Shown piece by piece: positions 16,135 to 29,580 of a stretch of 64,000 nt of DNA (positions within the stretch are counted from its first letter, which is position 1; the number at the start of each line of letters is the position of its first letter). The stretch is from Eledone cirrhosa (lineage: Eukaryota): NCBI GenBank assembly GCA_964016885.1, contig OZ024742.1, positions 363,010,001-363,074,000 on the forward strand, read 5' to 3'. The notes under the pieces are model-generated. The model saw nothing but the letters and a program-made list of their open reading frames with translations, did no database searches and was not told the DNA's origin. The translations under genes and the position numbers were made by a program.

Positions 16135-16295
16135 CGAAGGAAATGTGGTAAGGAACCAGGTGGACCATAACGCACCAAAGTACTCAATACTTAGGGTAGT
16201 AGAATGGGTAATAAGAACGAGTAGGACCCCGACGGCTGAGCTCAAGCCGTTTCGAAACGGCTTGAGCTCAGCCGTCGGGGTCCTACCCGTTCCTA
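16131..16295 (-). mobile_element. Fold-back mini-element, family D
   Basis: Palindrome GACCCCGACGGCTGAGCTCAAGCCGTTTCGAAACGG... plus ~85-bp one-sided tail; (TA)n on both sides. Confidence 0.85.
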
Positions 16296-16321
16296 TATAT
16301 ATATATATATATATATCTATA

Positions 16322-16388
<67 letters not shown>

Positions 16389-18869
16389 CATGCTTTCCAG
16401 AACGTGGAGAAAAAATTCAATTCATTGAACAGAAGAATTTATAAATTCATTCATTATTCACAAGAAAAAAGGTATGTCAGATGAAGTATTAGTCATAATA
16501 ATAATACGAATGAAAATAATAATAATAAGATGAAGAATAATAATAAGAAGAAGGAGAATCTGTTGTTTTCATTCATTTATGCAGAATATAACGGTTGTCT
16601 GTTATCTTACCTGTTACGATGAAAGTTATACTGGACATCGGGTTGAGCATCTTACTACTGTAGGCAATAGATAGATTTGTTGACTAATATTAAATGTGTT
16701 GAAGAACTGCCTTGAGCCGATCGAGCACTCGTGGAAATACGACCACAGCTTAAGGTGATTCTTCATCATATTTAATATCTTACCATACCTACTTCTAGGC
16801 AGCTGTTACCAATACAGAGAACGTACCAATCACACCAAGCTAGCATTTGTATAAGAAATAGAACTGTTTTCTTCTTTCTTCATGAAGTGGGTAATATGTT
16901 CGATTCGGGAGACGTTTGGCTGCTATATCTAGCAGACCTACTTTGTAGAAAATCCTGCATTGTTTCGTCAGTAAAGTAGCTTTCCTTCGTCGTATGTATC
17001 GATTACAATATCTGATTTGTTATTGGATAGTTCCACGATTAATCGATTAAAAAGTTTCAGTTGAAAAATATAGTTTTTCTTGCTAAGCCGATGACCAGGA
17101 AAATGAGAGGCTTGAGTGAAGTGCAATAGTTTCACTCATGAATGGTAGATGAGTGACACATTTGTCTCGAAATGAGAGTAATTCATATTCAGCTTTTGGT
17201 TGATATGAAGATCGATTTTATGTGTTTTTTTTCTTCGTTATCCCTTAAGAACTCTGAAGAATAACGTGATTTAGTTAAAAGATAAGATGACGTGATATTT
17301 ATATTTTAATTATATCGGCATCTGAAAATAATTGCGTTATCTAGGTGTGGAAACCGAGCCGCAGTTATTGGTTTCCACAGTTATTGGTTTCCACAGCTCA
17401 TCATTGACACAAACATTTAATACGAAGAAATGTGAGATCATATAAAATAGAAAATGTTTTTTAATTCATTTGCTTTTCACTCATTTAAAAAAAAAAAAAT
17501 TTAATAAGAATATTTCTTTTCGATTCTCAACGTATAATGCTTTCATATTCAGTTACTATTGATGTGAAATAAAACTGGAATTCTTAAAGAAAGCCCCATG
17601 CATTTTTAAAAGCATTAAACATCTTAAACTGTTTTATACGACAAGAATATACGTTCAATAAACAGTATTGATTATGTCTATCAGTTGACTCCATAACTAC
17701 GATTAAATATTGCTTGTGAACAGACATTTTCTAAAAGTTCATTTAATCTACATAAATTCCCTGTTGACTTTTATTCAAGCACATTTAAAGAAAAATGCAT
17801 TACAATTAAAATAGAACAAATTCTCAAAGGACTCTAGTTTTATTCATCATATTATCTGGCGCAGTTATTCTAGATAACTCTGTAGAAGTTCTTTTTTGTT
17901 TGCATGCATCCATATGTGTACTTTTCTTATTTCCGCAAACGTAGTGATTGGACGCAGCGTTATAGAGTTATAGAGTTCGATTTACAAACATTAGACATCG
18001 GGTTTCATTCCACTGCGCAGCAACTTCGGACTGTGATCGATCTATTTACTTGTGAGATAATTGGGTAGAGGGGAATTGTTAGGATCATGGTATCGTCTAG
18101 AGTTATAAATGAAAGGGGCCGTCTTTTCATACACTGTTCCACATTGAATCGTCCAGGGAATCTCGTTAAGAGAGACACGTGTCTGTTGATTGCCCACACA
18201 TTTACACGTTAATTTCAAAAGCAGTCTGTTCCGTTGATTGAAACCTGGAAGTCTCGTCGTCGAAACTGACGGAGACCCATTCCATTCTATTCCAAACGTA
18301 AAGAAACGTAAATTAAAAAACTATTGATTTGTTTGTATCTATGTCAGATTAATGTTGTTCTTTGTCCATCACATTATACATAAGAGACTATATGCATCAT
18401 GTGCAAATAGACGTATTTCTCAATTATTCCACAAAGTAGGGTGAGACATAGAGCAGGTTGCTTGAAATATTTTATAATCGGATCTGGAAACCTCAATTGC
18501 CGCCTACCACTTGGTATACTTTATACTATATGGCTTAATGAGAGGGAGGGAAACAGTGCTCATCACCTTCAGAGCAATCAGTGCAAGTAGATGGAAAAGG
18601 AGAAGTTATGCTTTGGCTATAATGTTTTTAATAGAATAACCACCGACAACACGTGCTGGTGTTTAGCCAGTCTAAGAATTAAGTTTACTATAAATAACCA
18701 GGAAAAATCTCTCTAAAGATTTCCACAATGTTCGTCTACCAAATATCCTTCGCATGAGCTTCAAGCACACAAGACTAGTATGGAAGAACCTCGCCTGGTC
18801 TTCCAAATTAAAACCTAAATCACGCCGTTATAAAACTCAAATGTCTTCATCACACAATCATAGTTGATC

Positions 18870-19150
18870 CAAACGAGTGTTCAACTCACGATCATAAAGT
18901 CAGGAATTTCATTCACGGCAGTTTGTTGTGTCTTTGAACAAGACACTTTATTTCCAGTTGCTCCTGACCACTTAGCGGGACAAAATGAGTATTATCTGCG
19001 ACGCAAAACGGCCAGCCTTGTAACACCTTGTGTTATGGCGAACCTTTATGAGAACTACATTAAGGGTGCACGTGTCTGTGAAATGCTCAGCGAATCTCAG
19101 TATTAATGTTACAAGTGTTTTGTGTGGTCAACAATTGGAACACTCGTTGG
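18870..19150 (+). mobile_element. SINE family B (CORE-like)
   Basis: GTGTCTTTGAACAAGACACTTTATTTC resembles the CORE domain; related copies at about 17950-18280 and 20325-20580. Confidence 0.55.
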
Positions 19151-19278
19151 CGAACCTAATGTATTCCAGCAATAACAAGAATATTTGGACGGCAGTTTTG
19201 TAAGTGGCCACTCCTGAATTTTGGCCATTTTGACCTTCATCCGGGTCAGAATAGCTGGTTTCATCCAGTGAATCAGAA

Positions 19279-19314
<36 letters not shown>

Positions 19315-19345
19315 GGGGGGGGGTACAAACAGAGAGTGAGTGAGT

Positions 19346-19381
<36 letters not shown>

Positions 19382-19774
19382 GAGAGAGAGAGAGAAGTAT
19401 TATATTCATCCAGGTGATGAAATGATGAAAGACAAAGATTACTCCGTTGGATTTGAACTCACTGCGCAGAGAATCCGAACGGATACCGCAAATCCAACGG
19501 AGATAATCTTCGTCTTTCATCATTTGATAGGTAATCTCTTCCTACTCAAAGACACAACTAGATGTCTTTAATCTAACACATTACCTTTATATAATCAGTC
19601 AAGCACACTAACCACTCAACTACACACCTAGCAATATGAAGGAAGAATACGAAGCTATTCGCAAAAGGTCCTTTTATCTCTTTCGGTTGTTGCTAAACTC
19701 CAAGTCATACCCAATTAACCACCAAATATATTCAAGCTGTGACTTTCCCGTTTTAATTTTTACAGTTATAATTG

Positions 19775-19960
19775 TTTCTACTTTTGACACAAGGCCAGCA
19801 ATTATCCCAGTGCATTACTGGTACTTTATTTTATCGACCCCGTAAGGATGAAAGGCAAAGTTAACATCGGCGGGATTTGGACTCAGATCATAAAGGGCCG
19901 TAACTCTATGCTACAAAGCATGGTATCCGACTCTCTACCAATAGTGTCAATCCACCGCCC
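19775..19960 (-). mobile_element. SINE family A, near full length
   Basis: Reverse complement of 59511-59697; a truncated copy lies at 20668-20781. Confidence 0.85.
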
Positions 19961-20956
19961 TACACTCACTAATATCTCATACCTTTTAATTATGACGTTA
20001 ATGTGTTTCATTTGAGAGATTTGGCTGTCATTTCTAGCGTCTTTACTGACCATGTTTAAACGTGCCTCATTGGTTCGTCAATAAAATAATATTCTTTCGT
20101 GGTAAATATCGGTAACTATGTTTATCTCCTACAAAACATCAGTCGAAGAACTTCATAAAAATCACGAACTGCTGTCGTCACAAATACTCGTTGAGTTTCA
20201 TAAATATCACTCCACACTAAATAATTTAAGGTGCACAGTTTAGAAACAATTAAATGTTACAATTTAGGTCGAAATATAAAATTAGCACTGACATTTATAA
20301 CGTATTTACTAAGATCTCGCGATGGCGCATAGCCTATTTGTTACGGTGGTCGGCTCATGTGGTAAAATCGTGAGTTCGATTCACCGAGAAGAGCTATGTC
20401 TTTCAGGAAGACATTATTCCACGTTTATCAACACGCTGTAAGTCAAAGGGTAATCCCAATATTGTCCCAATCTCCCTATGAAATAAGTTAAGCATACACG
20501 TGCCTATGGAAGTCTGAACAGATTTCAATTTAATTTCAGAAGCAGATTGTTATTTGTTCAAACATGTGGAGCATTCTACGGAGTTTGGTCATACTAGTTT
20601 ACAAAATACTAATCACTCCACATACATTGGTAAAAGACTAATTTACAGGAGTAAGTGTATAATTTAATTGTTTCTACATTTGGCACAAGACCAGCAATTA
20701 CACCAGTGCATCACTGGTACTTTATTTTATCGACCCCGTAGGATGAAAGGCAAAGTTAACCACGACAGGATTTGAACTCAGTTATATGTGTGTACAGGAG
20801 TGTCTGAGTGTATGTTTATATGCAGTTAAGTGTGCGTGTATTTATGTGCAGTGGAGTGTTATAAGTGTTTACGTGCATGAGGCTGTGTGAAGTTAGGAGG
20901 GCGATATTAACAATGTTATTGTAAGATAAAATATGTAAGAAAGAGAAATATGTATC

Positions 20957-21349
20957 AATAGTAGAGGAGAGAAGAGAGATAATAGAAGAGGAGAGAAGAG
21001 AGATAATAGAAGAGGAGAGAAGAGAGATAATAGAAGAGGAGAGAAGAGAGATAATAGAAGGGGAGAGAAGAGAGATAATAGAAGAGGAGAGAAGAGAGAT
21101 AATAGAAGAGGAGAGAAGAGAGATAATAGAAGGGGAGAGAAGAGAGATAATAGAAGAGGAGAGAAGAGAGATAATAGAAGGGGAGAGAAGAGAGATAATA
21201 GAAGAGGAGAGAAGAGAGATAATAGAAGAGGAGAGAAGAGAGATAATAGAAGGGGAGAGGAGAGAGATAATAGAAGAGGAGAGAAGAGAGATAATAGAAG
21301 AGGAGAGAAGAGAGATAATAGAAGGGGAGAGGAGAGAGATAATAGAAGA
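20957..21349. repeat. 24-bp purine-rich minisatellite (AGAGATAATAGAAGAGGAGAGAAG)n, about 16 copies
   Basis: Seen directly. Confidence 0.97.
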
Positions 21350-21626
21350 TGAAATCTGAGTTTAATTATCCATACAACTGCTGAAATAAAGAAATAGTTA
21401 AATAAACAATAATAAATATATATAAATATATAAATATCAGTATATAAATATGAGTTCATGCTTCACGCTCCGGTTCACCAAGATCTGAATTAAACCATGT
21501 GATAATCTCGGAAGTACAGAAACACACTTCATTCTTGTTTCTATGTGAAGCAGTAATTTCCTAACGTTATTTATAGATAACAACCTAAACAGACACGTTC
21601 ACACTCCCGCAAATATATATATATAA

Positions 21627-21816
21627 TTAGGAAAAAGTATGACCCCGACGGCAGAGCTCAAGCCGTTTCGGCGGCTATTTCTGGACTAGCCGTCGAAACG
21701 GCTTCAGCTCTGTCGTCGGGGTCATAATTTTTCCTATTTCCCACTCTATTACCCTAAGTATTGAGTACTCTGGTGCGTTATGGTCCATCTGGTTCCTTAC
21801 CACAATTCCTTTGTTA
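21627..21816 (+). mobile_element. Fold-back mini-element, family D
   Basis: Same palindrome and tail as 16131-16295. Confidence 0.85.
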
Positions 21817-21837
21817 TATATATATTTTTATATATAT

Positions 21838-22060
21838 ATAACGAAGTAGTTGTGGTAAGGAACCAGATGGACGATAACACACCAGAGTACTTAATACTTA
21901 GGGTAGTAGAGGGGGTAATAGGAGAAAGTATGACCCCGACGGCAGAACTCAAGCCGTCTCGGCGGCTATTTCTGGACTAAAGTAAGAGTTTTTTTAGTCT
22001 GGTAAATAAATAGCCGAACTTTCCAAGTTCCTTATATGAGAAGAGTGTAGTTGTCATGGG
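21838..22060 (-). mobile_element. Family D copy without fold-back, extending further 5'
   Basis: Tail and GACCCCGACGGC..CAAGCCG block continue into unique sequence containing a CGGCTATTT/AAATAGCCG stem; far boundary uncertain. Confidence 0.7.
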
Positions 22061-22661
22061 GATTGGTCAACATTTGTAGCAGACACAGAAAAGTCTATCA
22101 TGGCAGTGAGTGCGGGGTTGGAATGGCTGAACTTGCCTTTAGAACGATAGGGGAGTGGGTAGAGCCGGCCAAGCGTTGAAGGTGAAATTTACACGGCAAA
22201 TTCTAAGGAATGTGTATGAAAGTAGGCCAGAGGAGGTTGGCGGAAAAAGCTTTCTTTAGAAAGTGGAGGACGGATGTTATAGAAATAGTTCAAATGCGAT
22301 TAAGGGACAAAGAAAAATATAATAAAAAAGCATATAATAAAAAATGAGAGAAAAATGTATAAGAAAGTAAGACAGGAAAGTGAGAAGTGAAATAAGGAGT
22401 CTATCACAGATGCTATATTTAGTTGGTGCTGCTATTTCGGCCAAAGCTATAGAATGAGTTGCTAGATGAGAATAATTGAAAAATTTAGAATTGAAATTTA
22501 TCTTAATTTAGAATTAAACATATTTTACAATAACATTGTTAATATCTCCCTCCACAAGTTCACACAGCCTCATGCACGTAAACACTTATAACACTCCACT
22601 GCACATAAATACACGCACACTTAACTGCATATAAACATACACTCAGACACTCCTGTACACA

Positions 22662-22802
22662 CATATATTATCCTTGGTTATGTCAAAATTTATAAAACAC
22701 CCTTCGTATTTTATCTGATGATACCGTACACGCATATATTATCCTTGGTTATGTCAAAATTTATAAAACACACTTCGTATTTTTATCTAATGATACCGTA
22801 CC
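22662..22802. repeat. Tandem duplication of a ~70-bp unit
   Basis: CATATATTATCCTTGGTTATGTC...GATACCGTAC occurs twice. Confidence 0.9.
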
Positions 22803-23104
22803 AAAAATGTTGTTACCTTTGAAATATATATAATAGAATAAATATGGTTTTATAAATATAGTTTCCATTTATTTCATATCATTGTATATTATACTCCAGA
22901 AAACTTGTTGAGTGCTCTGAATCAGTTATAAACATTTATATTTGTTGAATTACCAACAAATTGAATATCCCTTCTGCTTATATATATATATATAGTAATA
23001 ATAATAAATTTGAAGACTAAAATCGAAAGAGGGCTCGATAAGGATAAATATATATCAAATATATAAGAACTCTAGAGCAAATATTTATTAAAATAACAGA
23101 TTAA

Positions 23105-23155
23105 AGTTTAAGCAAAGAATCGCTGCTTTCACCCTTAACGGGATCTTCTGAAACT
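23105..23155 (-). ncRNA. Hammerhead-like fold, CAGAAGA core, in 3' pseudo-LTR
   Basis: Same fold as 3653-3703; sense to the ORF. Confidence 0.6.
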
Positions 23156-23820
23156 AAAAAAAAATCAATCTGTGAACGCAGAAGTAGATATTTCGAAAAA
23201 CGTTGCAACCGAATGAAAACAGGAAGACGATACTTTGGTTCGTGAAGCCGATCCCTGGCAATGGACGGAAAAAAGCGAAGATAATACGTCATTATGTGGA
23301 ACGCTGAGAAAAATTATATGCAAAGGCAAAACCACGTTTATGGTATAAATGAAGTCGTAGACTAATATTCTATTTAGGAAACCGAATGATTCTCGGCTTC
23401 AGAGTTAAGAATATTATAAATGAATTAGTAGAACGAAAATGACAGAGGTTATTGAAATCAACAATAATTAAATATATACATACACGTATCCAAATACGTA
23501 CATACACATGCATACGCGAAAACATCCGCCATGCATGCATATACAAGCACGTACACATAACTACGCGCACACATATATAGACTCACGCGACACCTATAGC
23601 CCCACACATACTAACGTATACGCCAAATACACACAAAAAAGTATATATATGTGTGTGTGTGTATACATATAATTATATAAACGTATATAAATACACACAC
23701 ATAAATTCGTAAATAACGCAGGCACACCCATACCTACAGGTAAATACACATATGTTCACTAAATCACGTTAACCAAAACACAAAGTACACATATACACAC
23801 CTTACATACGTGCAAACACG

Positions 23821-23893
<73 letters not shown>

Positions 23894-24120
23894 ACACAGA
23901 ACATACACATATACACATAACCATATACACATGTACCAGTATATATAATATAATATATACACCCATAACAAAAAGAAGCAAATATACGTACGAGAAAGTA
24001 TATGTACCTTCACAAAACATACGGGTAAGGTATACTTACCTATACAAATAAGTAATGGTATAAACATAAAATATACTTAGCTACCACATTAAGACGTAAA
24101 TTATCCGCGTATTGTTCGTA

Positions 24121-26178
24121 CTATCCGTTAGGGTTTAATGTGAAGCTGTAATACAGGAAAGTTTTATGCAATTTATGTTTGCAAGCCGAAATTGCCTCAG
24201 ATTTTTTGTTTAAGATGTGGTCATTGGCGTAGAGTATTGCCAGGGCTTCAGCGGCGCAAAGATCGCATGGTCTTTTATTTCTGTTATACGATCTAGCCTT
24301 AGATGGGATCTCCCAGTATAACCTATATTGGGTGTGGTTGTCCTTTAGATTCCAGATATAAGCTGAAAGTGACGTCATATTCATCCTTAAAGGGTTAAGA
24401 AATGAATGGGTGTGCATGTAAAGACGATGCTTGAATCTATTGGCGGTTAAACATATGTAGGCCCTACGGGACGTGGGTGTTTCGACCTTACATTTGTAGA
24501 CAATGTTACTGGAGAGGCATTTCCCGGATAGAGGGCAGTCAACCCGATTCCTACAATTACAGTTAGTAATAGCTACAGGGTCGCACGTGTTCCTACGGCT
24601 AGGTAATTTGGTTAAATTTGAAGCAGTGATATGAGGAGTCGTAGAGTAAGATATTGTAATGGTATTTCTATTAAAAAATGTATTATATTTATGTGCTGAG
24701 GGGAAATGCTTCTTAATAAGGGAGATAAAGATCTTAGCTAATGGTGTGGACACCTCCATGTTATACTTAGTATATGCTACCTTATCGACGAATCCACTCC
24801 GAGCAAGAGCTTCATTGTAATATGTGGAATGGTCGGTGAAAATATGTTCGTTTGTAGATAGACAGGAAAGCCTCAAAGAAACGTTTCTTACCAGGTTCTT
24901 GGTTATGTAGGCAGGATGGTTACACTGCTTACTTATGTAATTAAGCGTATCATTCAGTTTTCTATACGAGTAATGGAAGCGATTCGACAAATTGAGGTTA
25001 ACGTCGAGGTAATTAACGACCGAGAGTTTGGCCTCAACCCGTATGGAGAGGTTGAAGCCTTTAAAGAAGTCTGTGAGTTCTTTTCTGAACCTGTCGCAAG
25101 CACGTGGACCGCACTTTGTCATGGTCAAAAGACCGTCATCACGGTAAAACCACCGCCAATATTGGGGAATTCTTCCTTGATAGAGAAAAGAAGGAAAAGG
25201 CCGAAAAGATCAGTAACCTTCGCCGAATCGCTGGCACCCATACTCACGTCGAATGGGGGTACTATTAGATTTTTTAAAGCAAATAGAGTCGTCGAAATTA
25301 ATCACCGACTTACGGGCATTGATGATGACATCAACTTCGAAATCCTTAACCACCGTGAGCGTTTTAGCGAAATTGATAGCTCTAAGAAGAAGAGGTAAAG
25401 TGATGGATAAGTAGTAGTTATTGATGTCGAATTGGATAAAACGGCAATTTTCCATGTTGCATATGCCATTGAACCAATCACCGCGAAAGAATTGTTCCAC
25501 GGTGCAAGAGGGCCCAAGCTTCTAATTTCAGGTATAATTCTATCTAAAATCCTTTTACTAAGTCTACCTAAATTGCACTTCGTAGGGTTAATAAGCTGAA
25601 TAGGGGGGTTGTTGGCGAAATTGGGTTTGTGATCCTTCAGGGTAAAGTGGGGAGAAAATAGGGTCCAGGGGTTCTGTCCGGTCCTAGATTTTGAGTTCAG
25701 AGGTGATTTTAAACCCAGCACGGTTGATGTCTTTAATGACACTCCGATTAGTTTTCCGGTAATCCTTAGTTACAGCATAATGTAGCAGTTGATGGTAAGT
25801 ACTGCGCTCCACTTGATATAAATTGCCAGTTTTGTCGGAGTGGACGTGCACGGTATTAAAATCCTTAACAGAACACATTCTATTCTTCAGGTCTTGCTGG
25901 AAGGAATTGCTCCTATTCCGAAATTTGATACTCCGTATGAGTTCCAAGACATCGTTTTCGAAGGGAAGCAATGCTGGGTTACTCGGAGGGTTATTATAAG
26001 TTTTAAACCAACATTTATCCTGTTTAATGTTCGCTTTTTCCTGATTATGGAAATAAAAGTTACGCCAAACCAACCTTTTGAGGAACGAGTTCGTTTTCTG
26101 TATCAGGAGTTTTAGGTATGTCTTCTTTCTTGGTACGGGTATGTTCTTTGTAGAAATATTCAGATGTTGTTTCTGCAT
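24121..26178 (-). pseudogene. PLE reverse transcriptase plus GIY-YIG endonuclease, frameshifted
   Basis: Pieces 25684-26178 (SDKTGNLY), 25302-25742 (QLINPTK), 25210-25500 (QFDINNYY), YRDDGL near 25140, and 24121-25128 (NYLDVNLNL, NHP, CNCRNRVDCPLSGKC, IVYKC..YI). Confidence 0.88.
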
Positions 26179-26331
26179 GATGAATATAAGTCAATAGAGT
26201 GTTCAACCGAGGAAAGAAATAGTAATGATAATAAATTTGAAAACTAAACTCCAAAGAGGGCTCGATAAGGATAAATATATATCAAATATATAAGAACCGT
26301 AGAGCAAATATTTATTAAAATAACAGATTAA

Positions 26332-26382
26332 AGTTTAAGCAAAGAATCGCTGCTTTCGCCCTTAACGGGATCTTCTGAAACT
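26332..26382 (-). ncRNA. Hammerhead-like fold, CAGAAGA core, in 5' pseudo-LTR
   Basis: Same fold as 3653-3703; sense to the ORF. Confidence 0.6.
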
Positions 26383-26534
26383 AAAAAAAAATCAATCTGT
26401 GAACGCAGAAGTAAATATTTCGAAAAACATTGCAACCGAAGGAAAACAGGAAGACGATACTTTGGTTCGTGAAGACGTTCCCTGGCAAAGAACGAAAAAA
26501 AAACGAATATAACACGTCATTATGTGGAGCGATG

Positions 26535-26644
26535 CGTTCAAATCCCGCCGAGGTTAACTTTGCCTTTAATCCTTACGGGGTCGATAAAATAAAGTACCAG
26601 TAATGCACTGGATAATTGCTGGCCTTGTGCCAAACGTAGAAACA
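26535..26644 (+). mobile_element. 5'-truncated SINE A with 16-bp target-site duplication
   Basis: ATTATGTGGAGCGATG (26519-26534) and ATTATGGGGAGCGATG (26645-26660); absent from the sister repeat near 23292. Confidence 0.9.
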
Positions 26645-26830
26645 ATTATGGGGAGCGATGAGAAAAATTACACGCAAAGACAAAACCACGCTTAGGGTAA
26701 AAAGGATGTCGTAGACTAATATTCTATTTAGAAAACCGAATGATTCTCGGCTTCACAGTTAAGAATAATGTAAATAAATTAGTAGCACGAAAATGACAGA
26801 AATCAACAATAATTAAATACGTATGCATGC

Positions 26831-26869
<39 letters not shown>

Positions 26870-27136
26870 GGAATACTGTTGGCTTCTTGCTACAATACTT
26901 TCTATGACATTCATTTATATATATATATATATATATAGTGTAGATAAATCTACCAAAAGTTTACGGTAGTGTCCAATCCGTATGAAGAACTCAATGTAAT
27001 CCGGATATCATGGAAAGAAGAGATACATACAAAAATCACTTTCGGTGAAAGATAAACGGAATACAGAGTCAAGATAAAATATTAAAAAAATAATGAATAA
27101 AACAAAGAAACAGTTCCTTATATTAAACAAAAAAAG

Positions 27137-27279
27137 TTCATTATTTAACGATCGTTTCTAGGACATATATGTGTTAGAATTGGCATGCATATTCAAAAGA
27201 TCTATGTACAAAATTATACAAACTATCAAGGAGAATATACATACCATCACATATATATGCTGTCTTCAGAAATAATGAA
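27137..27279 (-). ncRNA. Type I hammerhead (family 2)
   Basis: Reverse complement of 31146-31288; downstream of and sense to the GIY-YIG ORF. Confidence 0.72.
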
Positions 27280-27633
27280 GTATATTTATTGATAATAACA
27301 ACAATTCAAAATTACAGGTCTGTTTGGGAACAGATTTTAAATAGACCGATGAAACACATAAAAATTCATCAAGAAAATACAGTTAGGTGTGTGTATATAT
27401 GTAAGTAAATTCGTTCACAGATATGCATAAAATGTATGTTCACATGCATACGCATGTCGAAAAAGTGTATGTAAATATAAAAATTTAGGGCTAATGTCTC
27501 TGTATGTTTATAATCTATAGACAAAATATACATACATATACATATATATATACATACATATATACACACATATACATACATTCATACACACACACGCATA
27601 TATACATAAACACACACATACCTACGAACACAC

Positions 27634-27664
<31 letters not shown>

Positions 27665-28901
27665 TACGTATATATTATTATTATAACTATATGGATATTG
27701 AGGCGCACACATAAACACGGCCACACACACTTACATCTAGATGCATAATTAAAAGGAGGTAAGAGAGTAAGTAATTAAAGGAGAGTGTCAAACTCAGCAT
27801 ATTTATATTTTTATACTCACATACAAACACACAAACATACATACATACTTACATACACATACATACATCCACGCTTACAAATACGAATAATTATTGGAGG
27901 GGGGGGGGGAAGGGGGATTAAAATTATTAGTGGGAAATAGTAAATATAGGTTTCAAGGAACATAGAATATTAATCTGCATTTAAATCATAATATGTGTTT
28001 ACATAGTAGTGTCAGTATTAGGAAATGGTATTTGTAAGAAAGAAGGCTAAATTATGTATTTTAATATAAGTAGACTATTAATTATAGGTTAATTAAAGTA
28101 AAAATAGTTAATATATTAATTTCTAAGGTGTATACTACTTAGGTTTATAATATTTAAAGCGGAATTTTGAAGTTAAACAGTAGTAGAGTATTAATTATAG
28201 CATAACTAAATTAACATGATGGTATCAATTTTAGGAAATGAATTTTGTAATAGGGAAAGCCAAATTAAGTATTTCATCGGTAGTAGAATATTAATTATAG
28301 GTTAACTAAATTAAAAATTATATATTAATTTCTATAGTATATGTTAATTAGGTTTATAATAATTAAAGCAAACATTTTGTATTTTATCTATAGTAGAATA
28401 TAATTATAGGTTAACTAAATTAAAATTAATCTATATATTTATTTGTAAAGAATATATTAATTAGGTATATATTGAAAAGTTTTTCTCAGTTTATGATTAC
28501 ACGATATTCTGCAATCCATCTGTATTAGAATTTTAATTTTAAGCTAACTAAATTAAAATTATAGGTTAACTAAATTAAAATTAATTTATAAATTAATTTC
28601 TAAATTGTATATTAATTAGGTTTATAATATTAAAAAGTATTTCTCTGTTATTAATTACACGATATTTTGTTATATTTCATCTGTAAAGGAATTTTAATAA
28701 AAGGTTAAATAAACTAAAATTAATCTATATATTAATTTCCAAAGTATATATTAATTATGTTAATAATATTTAAAAGTTTTTCACAGTTTATGATTATACG
28801 ATATTTTTTAATTTCATCTGTAGTAGAATTTTAATTAAATTAAAATTATAGGTTAACTACATTTAAATTAATTTATATATTAATTTCTAAAATATATATT
28901 A

Positions 28902-29580
28902 TTAATTAGGTTTATAATATTTAAATGTTTTTCTCAGTTTATGATTACACGATATAATTAATTCCTGTCGCTTATTTAATAGGATATCCTTAGATTTCAT
29001 TATTTCAAATAGTTCTTGGGAACACAATCTACATTCATTTCTATTATTTTGATAAGGGGTGGCTCTTTTGAGCACACTCCAGGTCATATCATATTCTATA
29101 TTCTTATTTCTATAACTATTAATTTTTTCTGCTAGAGATGTTGTATTAGCCAGTGCGGCATTTTTAAAACTATGTTTGTGGGTATTAAACCTTACCTTAA
29201 AATTGTTAGAAGTAGCTCCTATATAGGAGCAAATAGAATCTTTAGTTTTAACTTTACATTTATAAACTATGTTGTTAACAAGACAATTTCCTTTTAATGG
29301 GCAGTTTGCTTTGTTTCTACAGTTACAACCTTTCGTTAATTCTGTATTTGAGGAGATATTATGGTTAGTTTGATGTATTGGTGGTATACTTATGGGTTTT
29401 TTTACATTTATATGCATTATAGGCACTTATATTTTGTTTTATGTTTTTGGTTGTTGAGTATGAGAATTTAACTGTTGATCTACTTAAGATTTGATGGTAT
29501 TTGTGGTTTGGCGGGAAGTTTTTCTCTAGGATATTAAAAAATTTTTTCGCTATATTATCCTTAATTTGTAAATTAAATGG
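28902..29580 (-). pseudogene. PLE GIY-YIG endonuclease remnant
   Basis: GCNCRNKANCPLKGNC..IVYKC..YIGATSNNFKVRFNTHKHSF..CRLC..LLNKR..CNH in ORF 28902-29426. Confidence 0.88.

Larger units (their letters stand above)
20783..22668. repeat. ~150-bp inverted repeat pair (20783-20940 and 22518-22668)
   Basis: The arms are near-perfect reverse complements. Confidence 0.85.
22994..26820 (-). mobile_element. Near full-length PLE family 1 (Hydra-type) with direct pseudo-LTRs
   Basis: Direct repeats 22994-23475 and 26222-26820 flank a frameshifted RT-GIY-YIG ORF; (TA)n on both sides. Confidence 0.88.

Noticed and set aside
19212-19250. Minus-strand CGGATGA-AGGTC..GGCC-AAAA hammerhead-like relic
   Set aside because: Both core halves are mutated and stems I and III are not evident.
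20893-21459. 188-aa LLLSLFSP-repeat ORF resembling a membrane protein
   Set aside because: Translation of the 24-bp minisatellite.
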